Shown here piece by piece: positions 36,319 to 44,779 of a DNA stretch of 64,000 nt (its first letter is position 1; the number at the start of each line of letters is the position of its first letter). The notes below the pieces were generated by a model, which saw only the letters and a program-made list of their open reading frames with translations, had not been told where the DNA came from and did no database searches. The stretch is taken from NCBI RefSeq assembly GCF_023055435.1, contig NW_025964359.1, forward strand, positions 62,001 through 126,000. Reading direction: 5' to 3'. The position numbers were made by a program, and so were the translations under genes. This DNA comes from Haliotis rufescens (taxonomy: Eukaryota).

Positions 36319-39300
36319 TTAGTGAAAGTCGTCTCTGTACCCAAAGGGGAGCGTGTCTACAGGTAGCCCTGTGATGTCGTCGTAGACGAGACGTCGCTTG
36401 TCGTACACGGTACGATAGTCTTTTCGGGTGGGTCGGGTCACGAGTGCGTTTTCGTGCCGAGGGCCTTTTCGAATGATCTGATGAGGGTAATCCAAACTGA
36501 TTTTCTCCTCCTCTTTCCCAGGCCGTTGTCCCAGTATCAGTCCTTTCATGGTGTCAAAGTTGAGATGGCGTTGGTTTCGGTAATTCAAAGTGAACCCTCG
36601 CACTTTGCAGGTCGTGCGCGTTCCATCGGGTCTGGGGTTCATTAACTCGTAGCCATAGTTTTTGGGGCCTCCCGACACAAACGTCTTGATGGTGTTTCCG
36701 TCCAGTTCATCCGTAAACTCACCCAACGAATGACCCAGCTCTGGATTCGCGTCGTGGGGTCGATGAATGTAAATGACGCTGTCCGTGTCAAAGTACAACA
36801 CCCTGTGGTCCACCAGGGCAAGGGTCTCGTACAGCTTGAGACGTGCTTGGGCGGTGACCCAAGCAGCGATGGCGACGTTGAAATGAGAATGAGGGGTTTG
36901 GAATTCTTTCTGCTTGGTATAGGTCACTTCCACCATGTGTTCGTTGACAACGACCACATCCTCGATGGTATTGCGTTCATCCCTCCACAAGGCAAAGTAC
37001 TGTACAGTATCGTTCATATACACGTTCTGACTGTAGTCTACCCGTTGCCCAAACTTGCCCCAGAGCGAATTCAGTTGCATCTTGGCAATCGTGCGACGTC
37101 CTGGATTTTTTTCGATGCGGTCCTTGTCCAACCCAATGCCTTCTTTGTCGTAGATCTCCTGGATGTACGCGTTGTGATCCGTACATCCTTCGGGGTATCC
37201 GCTGGCTTCGAGCTTCTCCTTGAAATGTCGATCGATGTAAGTGTCAAAGAGTCCCACTTGCTGGGTGTCGGGGTCATGCTGTGCAAAGGTGTCAAAATGC
37301 CAAACGTCGTAGATCTGAAGCACCCGGTAGTCATACTTCTTCACGGCTTCCTGGAGTTCTACGGTGGCGTACGTCCCCACCCATGACCTCTCTTCGTCCG
37401 TGTGCTCGCAGGGGGAGTCTGACCGGGTATCGGCACACGTGCGGCACAAAGGACAGAGCAGTTTGCCACCCGATCTGTAAGGCAGTAGCGGATGGTAAAG
37501 TCGTTTCGGGGGTAGGACACGGCATTGGATCAGGCCTTTCAGTTCAAACAACGTGTCCACAGGGGGTTGATGGAGAAGGGTCGGGTGTCCCGTGGGAAAC
37601 GCTCCGGTCTTACAAATGTAGGGATAAAGGGAACAAATATCGATGTACTTGATGGTTTCACCTTCTTGGGCTTCGTAGCATAATCGCGTCGCATTGGTGC
37701 GTCCTCCATAGAAGGCATCGCGAGGGTTGAGCGGCCCGGGGACGTGGATACAGCGGGGTCCCTGCAAGAAAGCATGCAGTGCGGAGTCCTCCCGTTGCAT
37801 TTTCGTAAACTCGTGCTCCCACAGGGTGACGATCCGTTTCACCTCAGGGTGTTGACTCAAGAGACTCAAGCGGTAGTGGGTGTCGGTGTAACGGGCTCCC
37901 AACGACGAGCCCAGGACGGGATGCGGTTCTCCACGTCGGGTCTTGTGACAGACCTGGCACCCATGCCAGAAACAGCCCAGGAATTCGTAGACGGTGCCTG
38001 TCGCTGGATCGTAGCCATCCACGGTGTACCGATGTTGACCCCCTCCACACGTGAACTCTTTTTCACCGCCATTCCTAGCGTGCTGGAGGTGCAGATGGGG
38101 GTGCGTTTCCATCAGATAGTGGAGCCAGTGCATACAGGCCTGGGAATAGTTTCTCTTGGGTTGGTAGCCTTGAGATGGGAGAATGGCGATGGTATTGGGT
38201 TTCAGGTCGTGTTTTCGGAAGGATTTGATGGTGAACGCTGCAGCTGTCATCACTTCCACAAAGGGATCCATGCCCACCGAGTGGATGGCGTTCTGTCGGA
38301 AGTCGGCGCATCCCCGTCTCAAAATGTCCACATCGCTTTGGCAGTAGGTTAAAAGTTCTCCTTGTAAGTCGAACAAGGCTCCTTCTTGCACTTTTTGGGT
38401 ATGCCACTGGAGGAAGGCTGTGCGTTCCGCGGGAGACATGCCATCGGGATCGTACGTGACGGCTGGTGGATAGGGACCTCTGTAGGTTTGGTTGACTCTC
38501 GTATTAAAAAAGTGTGGAAAGTACCCTTTCTTCATTTCTTTCAGCCCAAAGCTCTTGGGAAAGGCTTTCAGGGGGTAAGGGATGAAATTTAAGCTGTCTT
38601 CGAAACATAACCGTCCCAGGGTCATTTGCAAAATTTGTTGGTCATGGCGAATCTTGGTGGGGAGTGTCACCAGGAGGGGGGACAGACCCTTCAGGACTAA
38701 GTGTAAATCATAGGATCGTGCATTATGGGCCATCACATAAATGCGATCCTCCTTCGTGACTGTATGGCAGGAGGTGTTCTTGTTCTTTGGCTTCTTTGTT
38801 TTCTCCACTTCCATGACCTCTTCCCCCTCTTCCCCCTCTTCCATCTCCTCCCCCTCTTCCCCCAACTCCTCCCCCTCCTGCTGGGGTGATGCCTGTCGTT
38901 TGGAAGTGTGCTTTCTTGAGGGGGTGTCATCCCGTTTTCTTTTTTTCCCCAGGTGAGCTGTCGTCCCCTTGCGTGTGCTGCCCTCCTCTTCCTCTGGGTG
39001 GGGCTTCTTCTTGGGTATTTCAGACAACGTGGTCAACCACACACACACATCATGTCGCGTGGTGGGGCCTCGAAACACGATCTCACGGCTGGGACCATAC
39101 CCTTCTTCTCTCCATGGACAGTGTTCGCACAAGTTCTTGCTCACTTCACTGATGCATCGTCCACATCCTAGTTGCACCACGCACAAATTTGGAATGTGTT
39201 CCCCCGTGTCTTGCATGCATTCAAAATCGTAGAAGGCGTATTGAACATGGTCTCGTAGGGGATGTTGTTCCTCTTCCCCCTCCTCCTCCTTCTCCGCTTC

Positions 39301-39795
39301 CTCCCCCTCCTCCCCCTCCTCCCCTTCCTCCTCCTCGTTTTCTTCACGGAGAGGCGTCATGTAACAGCGATGATCTGGGGTCATGGGTTCTCGGCACACA
39401 AAGCAGGGATGTTCTTCATCGAAGCACGCGTGGTGAGCCATGGGGGTCTCCAAGACGCGGACCAACTGAAAACAGTTCGGGCACCTGTGAATCGATTGAC
39501 AGGCGCTGGGTTTTCCCTCTGACGGTGACTGGAGATGCCGGGTGTAACACATTGGATTGGGGAACCAACCTTGACATGTCAAGCAAGGGATCCCGTGCTC
39601 TTCCTGGGGTCCGCAATAACTAGAGTAGAAGCAGCGGTAACAGCGGTATTCCTTGGTGCAGGGATGTTTTTCGGGATGGTCGTAACGTTTGTCACAGCGT
39701 TTGCAGTAATGGTTAGAGCCATAAAAAGCGGGCATGGAAGTGATGATCATGATGGTAGAGATGCAGCACGGTGGCGTGGGGTGGAGTCTCATCAC
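36319..39795 (-). CDS. polB: Protein-primed family B DNA polymerase, main part (Cys-rich region, exonuclease, Vsr-like insertion, polymerase)
   Basis: ExoI FYDFEC, ExoII AHNARSYD, ExoIII YCQSDV, YGGRT, motif A DICSLYP, motif B KMQLNSLWGKF, motif C YFDTDS, GPKNY; VDGYD..VYEFLGCFWHGC insertion. Confidence 0.95.
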   Translation of the reverse strand: MMRLHPTPPCCISTIMIITSMPAFYGSNHYCKRCDKRYDHPEKHPCTKEYRCYRCFYSSYCGPQEEHGIPCLTCQGWFPNPMCYTRHLQSPSEGKPSACQSIHRCPNCFQLVRVLETPMAHHACFDEEHPCFVCREPMTPDHRCYMTPLREENEEEEGEEGEEGEEAEKEEEGEEEQHPLRDHVQYAFYDFECMQDTGEHIPNLCVVQLGCGRCISEVSKNLCEHCPWREEGYGPSREIVFRGPTTRHDVCVWLTTLSEIPKKKPHPEEEEGSTRKGTTAHLGKKRKRDDTPSRKHTSKRQASPQQEGEELGEEGEEMEEGEEGEEVMEVEKTKKPKNKNTSCHTVTKEDRIYVMAHNARSYDLHLVLKGLSPLLVTLPTKIRHDQQILQMTLGRLCFEDSLNFIPYPLKAFPKSFGLKEMKKGYFPHFFNTRVNQTYRGPYPPAVTYDPDGMSPAERTAFLQWHTQKVQEGALFDLQGELLTYCQSDVDILRRGCADFRQNAIHSVGMDPFVEVMTAAAFTIKSFRKHDLKPNTIAILPSQGYQPKRNYSQACMHWLHYLMETHPHLHLQHARNGGEKEFTCGGGQHRYTVDGYDPATGTVYEFLGCFWHGCQVCHKTRRGEPHPVLGSSLGARYTDTHYRLSLLSQHPEVKRIVTLWEHEFTKMQREDSALHAFLQGPRCIHVPGPLNPRDAFYGGRTNATRLCYEAQEGETIKYIDICSLYPYICKTGAFPTGHPTLLHQPPVDTLFELKGLIQCRVLPPKRLYHPLLPYRSGGKLLCPLCRTCADTRSDSPCEHTDEERSWVGTYATVELQEAVKKYDYRVLQIYDVWHFDTFAQHDPDTQQVGLFDTYIDRHFKEKLEASGYPEGCTDHNAYIQEIYDKEGIGLDKDRIEKNPGRRTIAKMQLNSLWGKFGQRVDYSQNVYMNDTVQYFALWRDERNTIEDVVVVNEHMVEVTYTKQKEFQTPHSHFNVAIAAWVTAQARLKLYETLALVDHRVLYFDTDSVIYIHRPHDANPELGHSLGEFTDELDGNTIKTFVSGGPKNYGYELMNPRPDGTRTTCKVRGFTLNYRNQRHLNFDTMKGLILGQRPGKEEEKISLDYPHQIIRKGPRHENALVTRPTRKDYRTVYDKRRLVYDDITGLPVDTLPFGYRDDFH

Positions 39796-40573
39796 ACTTG
39801 TACAACAGTCTCTGACCCACCTCTTGACTGTAGACTTTCAGTTGATAATGCAGACGGGTCAAGGCTCGTCCCACGCGTGCGAGGTCGTCCAGACCCCGAC
39901 AGGGGCCTTCGGGCAGGCCAAGGCTTCGAAACAAGGCCCGTGCCCGTATGCCTTGAACGTCGACGCGATCCGTTCTCGTCAGTCTCTTTCGCTGGGCGGT
40001 CCATGCTGGGGTCAGAGGGTGAGGCTTGTGGGCATAATGCTGTGCCACCACCAGGGCCCGTCCCAAACAGGATTGATCTTCGTTCTTGATCCGTACGATG
40101 CACTTTTTGCGTGTTAAAAAAGCTTCGAGTCCAATCACGTTTTTCAGCCGGGGAGCACCACTGCCCGATCCTACCCTGTCGGGATCTGCGACGTGTACTA
40201 AGGTCACATCCATGGTGGCATCGATGTTCAGGTCTTTGTTGGACTGTTGGACTTTTTCCACGGCTTGCAAAATAGTTAGCCCATGGAGATCTTCAAAACG
40301 TCGAAAGGGTATCCGTATGGGTGTGTTCAAAGCGGGATGATCGATACCTAGACCAATACGATCTCCCTTCTGACCTGATATCTGTTCATAAAAGTCATCG
40401 ATCACCCTGTCAAATAAAGCTGGCAGTTCCATGGGGACGCGTTCCGGTGGTACGGTGTTCAAGTAGTCTGGGTTGAAAGTCAAACAATAGGTATGATTAG
40501 CAGTTCTTAACCGTCTGGAGCGGGTGATATCTTTCCTCTCCAAACGATAGGGCGTACTTTGGTTGCTCGTCAT
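39713..40573 (-). CDS. N-terminal part of pPolB (terminal-protein-like region + OTU-like protease), frameshifted from the main ORF
   Basis: IKNEDQSCLGRALVVA (Cys) and LHLYHHDHHF (His) resemble the vOTU catalytic motifs of Polinton pPolB; overlaps the downstream ORF at the expected junction. Confidence 0.8.
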   Translation of the reverse strand: MTSNQSTPYRLERKDITRSRRLRTANHTYCLTFNPDYLNTVPPERVPMELPALFDRVIDDFYEQISGQKGDRIGLGIDHPALNTPIRIPFRRFEDLHGLTILQAVEKVQQSNKDLNIDATMDVTLVHVADPDRVGSGSGAPRLKNVIGLEAFLTRKKCIVRIKNEDQSCLGRALVVAQHYAHKPHPLTPAWTAQRKRLTRTDRVDVQGIRARALFRSLGLPEGPCRGLDDLARVGRALTRLHYQLKVYSQEVGQRLLYKCDETPPHATVLHLYHHDHHFHARFLWL

Positions 40574-40654
40574 GATAACGATGTGTATCTGATGAACGTC
40601 TGTACTCTAAGAGGTGCTGAACGTCTGAGGGATGGACAACCCTTCCCCAAAACA

Positions 40655-40940
40655 GGATCGAAATCGGACCAATCCGAAGCCTGGATGGCCGACCAATCAG
40701 AAGACAGCACCGACCAATCAGAAGACAGCACCCGAACCGAGTTGTGCTTTCTCTCCCATGGTAAAATCCATTTCCTATGGAAAAGAAACACAAGGGTCGG
40801 GTCGTTTTAGAAAACCGAGGTGCGGACCAGGCCCCGGAACGAACCAATCGGTGCGCTGCGTTTTGGACCAACCAGGAAGCAGTGAGTTTCGATCCGGTTC
40901 TTCCCCTATAAAACAAGCGTGGATTCGAGTGGGTCAGTGT
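40655..40940 (+). promoter_or_regulatory. Repeated multi-CCAAT + TATA + Inr promoter, copy C (between divergent pPolB and BIR2)
   Basis: Four CCAAT boxes, TATAAAA at 40907-40913, TCAGT initiator at 40934-40938. Confidence 0.85.
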
Positions 40941-40962
40941 ATGTTACATAAAATCATCTAGA

Positions 40963-41421
40963 ATGGCTGAAACAAAGAAGAGTGGTACGACGACGACAAC
41001 GCGTGGCGAAGATGCGGTGATGGATAGTGCAGAACCTCGTGAATGCTGGAGTAAGAGTCATGCCGAGGAGGCGGTGTCACTGCTCAGTCAAACACCATCG
41101 CACTATTATCTACGCTTTGAAAGAAGGCTCGCTTCGTTTGAGACGTGGCCCACGCAAATGTATCAGACTGCTGAAGAGATGGCCCATGCGGGCTTTGTCT
41201 ACACTCAGGGTGCCGATGGGGTGTGCTGTTTCCAATGTGGGGTGCGGCTGAGACAATGGGCACCCCACGACGATCCTTGGGCGGCACATCACAAGTGGTC
41301 CCCAGACTGCGACTACCTCAAGCTAACCGGGTTGGTGAAACACCAGAAGAAGCTACAACTGCACTATCTCTGCGAAGAGAAACAGAGGTACACGAATGAC
41401 GTAGCACGGCCGGCTGCCTAG
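40963..41421 (+). CDS. Single-BIR inhibitor-of-apoptosis-like protein 2 (152 aa)
   Basis: RRLASFETWP...MAHAGFVY...CFQC-x16-H-x6-C canonical BIR; no RING. Confidence 0.93.
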   Translation: MAETKKSGTTTTTRGEDAVMDSAEPRECWSKSHAEEAVSLLSQTPSHYYLRFERRLASFETWPTQMYQTAEEMAHAGFVYTQGADGVCCFQCGVRLRQWAPHDDPWAAHHKWSPDCDYLKLTGLVKHQKKLQLHYLCEEKQRYTNDVARPAA

Positions 41422-41534
41422 GTTTCCCGTGTCCTGCGTACCCGTTCAAGTTCCCGTTCAAGTTCCTGTTCAAATGTTTTTCTTTTCTTGGTTGGACCCA
41501 CAAGTGGACAGCAGCAGAAAAGTTTTTCTTCCCC

Positions 41535-41560
41535 AAAACGGCCCTTTTCAGGGCCACCCA
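41535..41560 (+). terminator. Histone-type 3' stem-loop #2 (AAAAC GGCCCT TTTC AGGGCC ACCCA), followed by AAAAGACAA
   Basis: Perfect 16-nt hairpin at 41540-41555, ~118 nt after the BIR2 stop; outside the TIRs. Confidence 0.92.
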
Positions 41561-42235
41561 TCTCACCCAAAAGACAACTTTCTTCCTTTGCTTTGCTAAA
41601 CCCTCTGCCCCTCCAAAACAAAGAACCCACATCCTCCCCCTAGACCTCTTGGAGGCACACGTCTAAAAATACAATACATAGATATAAATAGATATTAATA
41701 GAGTTAGATCCATAGATCCATAGAGACACGTAGTACACCGCGTCAAACATCACGTGTGCATGAACACACGCGTCACAGTACGCCTGTCGACCTACACGAG
41801 TGTCAACACCTCGGTATCCTTAAATAATAATAATAATTTGAAAACACACACGTACAGGGTACGACGTTTGCATGGCAACACACAGTACAACCATGACGTT
41901 CACATCGCGACACGAAGTGCATGACGCGTGCAAACGTCACGCAGGTGTATCGATTTTTCTCTATTCATCTCACTACGACACGACTCGATACACACACACA
42001 CAGGACACCACGTTTTGACTGACCACACGTTATTCTATGCATCAACGTCAACGTCTGTTTGAAGACATACACACACACACACGCACACATGACATTCCGA
42101 TTGGCATGGGAGTGACACCACGTACATCGCGTAGGCATTCCCACGTTCATGTCTACCTATGAAGGTCCACCTTCCTTTAGCATTCAGACGACCGTCTACC
42201 TCAAAAAATATCAAGGCTACCCAAGAAGAAAAAAA

Positions 42236-42520
42236 ACGGATCGAAATCGGACCAATCCGAAGCCTGGATGGTCGACCAATCAGAAGCGGCGCTCGGACCA
42301 GACGGGGCTCTGATTGGTCGAACCGGGGTTGTGCTTTCTCTCCCATGGTAAAATCCATTTCCTCTGGAAAAGAAACACAGGGGTCGGTCCGTTTTGGAAA
42401 ACCGAGGTGCAGGCCAGGCCCCGGAACGAACCAATCGGAGCTGCGGGCTGGCGAACCAACCGGGAGGCAGGGTGTCAGTGTCTCTCCTATAAAACAAGCG
42501 TGGATTCGAGTGGGTCAGTG
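42236..42520 (+). promoter_or_regulatory. Repeated multi-CCAAT + TATA + Inr promoter, copy D
   Basis: Four CCAAT/ATTGG boxes, TATAAAA at 42488-42494, TCAGT at 42515-42519. Confidence 0.85.
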
Positions 42521-42553
42521 TCACTTGTAAAAATTGATTGAAAAGAAAGCATC

Positions 42554-42913
42554 ATGATGAGTATCAACAACAACAGCAACAACAACAACAGCACCAGCAA
42601 CAACTACCCCCTGAAAGAAAACTGGGATTTAGAGATTGCTACAGTGGCACAACCTTTGCCCGGGTGTAAAGAAACATTACCATCACCACCACCACCATGG
42701 TCTCCAGCGTGGCAATGTGCCCGGTGCCATGGGGGCCTGCCCGTCTATGCCCTTGGTACAAGGGTACGGGATGGGACTTTCGAGTGCGTCTACTGTAAGA
42801 CCATCCTCAAGGACACCTACGTGCGTCGGTTAACGCACACCAGTAGGTGTCCTGTGAGGAGACAGATGAAAGTCCACCCGTGCCTTTGTACCATGGGATG
42901 CACAACCATGTGA
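42554..42913 (+). CDS. Small Cys-rich zinc-ribbon-like protein (119 aa), function unknown
   Basis: CARC-x19-CVYC; sits exactly between promoter copy D and stem-loop #3; GCATC-ATG start context. Confidence 0.75.
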   Translation: MMSINNNSNNNNSTSNNYPLKENWDLEIATVAQPLPGCKETLPSPPPPWSPAWQCARCHGGLPVYALGTRVRDGTFECVYCKTILKDTYVRRLTHTSRCPVRRQMKVHPCLCTMGCTTM

Positions 42914-42918
42914 GCATC

Positions 42919-42944
42919 AAAACGGCCCTTTTCAGGGCCACCCA
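42919..42944 (+). terminator. Histone-type 3' stem-loop #3 (AAAAC GGCCCT TTTC AGGGCC ACCCA), followed by GAAAGACAG
   Basis: Hairpin at 42924-42939, 10 nt after the stop at 42913; forms the inner edge of the right TIR. Confidence 0.9.
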
Positions 42945-43474
42945 TCTCTCCCGAAAGACAGCTTTTCCTCCTTTGCTTTGACGAGCCTCCCACCCCCACC
43001 CCCCACCACACCGTGAACCCACCCCTCCTCCCCTCCCCTCCCCCTCCCTCCCTCCCCTCCCTCCCTCCCTTCACCACCCCCACCACCACCCCACGTCTAT
43101 TTCTATTTTTAGAACAACACAAGAACAACAACCCTGTCGATCTTGTTCCCCCTCGTACGGGCGCTTCTCCGGGTTTTCCCCCTATCCCTCCTCCTCCTCC
43201 CCGGAAACGGAAGCGACGCCCTCTTTCCATGCGCACGCCACCGGACACGGATGCGACGCCATCTTGCATGCGCGCGCCACCGGACACGGATGCGACGCCA
43301 TCTTGCATGCGCGCCACCGGAAACGGATGCGACGCCATCTTGCATGCGCGCGCAGGTACCCATCATGCACTGCGCAGGTCACGTGACCGGAAACGGATGT
43401 GCCGCCATCTTGGTCCCAGAAATCTGAGCGGTCCCAGAAATCTGAGTGGTCCATTACCGATGTACGTTACTACT
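42921..43474 (-). repeat. Right terminal inverted repeat (554 bp)
   Basis: Reverse complement of 31569-32113; ends ...TTACTACT. Confidence 0.95.
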
Positions 43475-43480
43475 GTAATC
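43475..43480 (+). repeat. Right 6-bp target-site duplication GTAATC
   Basis: Identical to 31563-31568. Confidence 0.95.
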
Positions 43481-43639
43481 CTATATATGATATACAACGG
43501 ACAAATGTATCAGAGAAGGTAATTTTTAATCATTAATGTCCAAAGAAGGCTTTTAATTAACGGTGGTAACCATAATTTGTTCCAAGCACCTACGGTATTC
43601 GGTAATAACATCAACAGTTTAAATCCCAAGCACGAGAAT

Positions 43640-44640
43640 CTGATGGCACACAAGTTCAGTAGCGTGTATGGCCACCATGTGCGTTGACAACTGCCACACA
43701 ACGCCTCCGCATGGACCTTGTGATGCTTGTGAACACATGATTGGGAAGACGACGCCATTGTTGCTGCAAAATGGTGCCAAGAACTTGCAAATTCTGTGGT
43801 TGGTTCTGGAGAGTGCGCAGACTTCTGCCAAGAGCATCCCAGACGTGTTCGATGGGATTGAGGCCGGGAGACCTTGACGGCCAGTCCATGACGTTGACTC
43901 CCGCTTTCTGAAGGAAATTCCTTTGCAAAATTGCTGTGTGGGGTCTGGCATTGTCGTGTTGGAAGATCAAACCGGGTCCATGTGCTGCCATAAAAGGCAG
44001 AAGTTCTTGTGCCAGTGAGTGAGTGAGTGAGTTATTATTTAACGTCACATGGGCAATATTTCAGCCATATCGTGACGAGTCTTGTGCCAGTACCTGGTCG
44101 CGGTAAGCAGCAGCGTTGAGGTTGCCACGGATGACAAGAAGCCTGGAACGTGCATTGCCACAAAAAGCACCCCAACCCATGACACTTCCGCCTCGAAATC
44201 TGTCAACTTCCTGTACACAACACTGGGTGTAACGTTCATGACGGCGCCTCCACACCCTCGCCCTACCATCAGCAAATCGAAGATTAAATCGGGATTCATC
44301 ACTGAAGACGACTTGATTCCAATTCCTCTGAGTCCATCGTAAATGTCGCTGTGCCCACAATTGACGTTGACGTCTGTGTAATTGAATCAGAATTGAATCA
44401 GTATGGCTGAAAACACGTGCGGTATTATGGCCACGTGACCAGTTGCACGTGAAAAAACACTTTTGCCACTAAAGTGCTGTGCACATGATTTTGATCGATT
44501 CACCTGCACAAAAAAGGGTGTTATCTGAAGACAATACGTGTCCATTACTGTTTAAATACACAATAAGGGCCCACAATGATAACTGGTCAAAATGTTAAAA
44601 TTTTAGGATTGTGAAGTTTTTAATTTGGTTCGGTATATAT
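43640..44640 (-). mobile_element. Internally deleted Tc1-like element with a nested SINE tail
   Basis: FSDESRF, QHDNARPH and SPGLNPIEHVW; (GAGT)n insert at ~44016-44079 flanked by duplicated TCTTGTGCCAGT. Confidence 0.85.
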
Positions 44641-44779
44641 TACGGAATAAGTAGCTGGCAGGTGAAAACATAAATACTGCTGCTTTTCATAGACAGAAAT
44701 GTAAATGTAAATGTAAATATGGATTCTAGTCACGGATGCGGAAACAAATACGGATATGGGAAAGGGACAATGGTTCATG

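Larger units (their letters stand above)
31569..43474. mobile_element. Maverick/Polinton-type element (11,906 bp) lacking integrase and virion genes
   Basis: AGTAGT...ACTACT termini, ~550-bp TIRs, 6-bp TSD, pPolB gene; visibly more GC-rich than the flanks. Confidence 0.95.

Noticed and set aside
36454-40340. Plus-strand ORFs up to 218 aa antisense to pPolB
   Set aside because: Typical shadow ORFs of a GC-rich coding strand, with no motifs.
41330-41400. YLCEE in the BIR2 tail and LPGCKE in the 119-aa ORF as LxCxE motifs
   Set aside because: The leucine is not at the required position; too weak to call.
41820-42150. Two short minus-strand Cys-rich frames with C..C.HAN..C.CV similarity
   Set aside because: Short, TG-dinucleotide-biased sequence inflates Cys/Val, and there is no clear promoter or 3' signal; cannot be supported.
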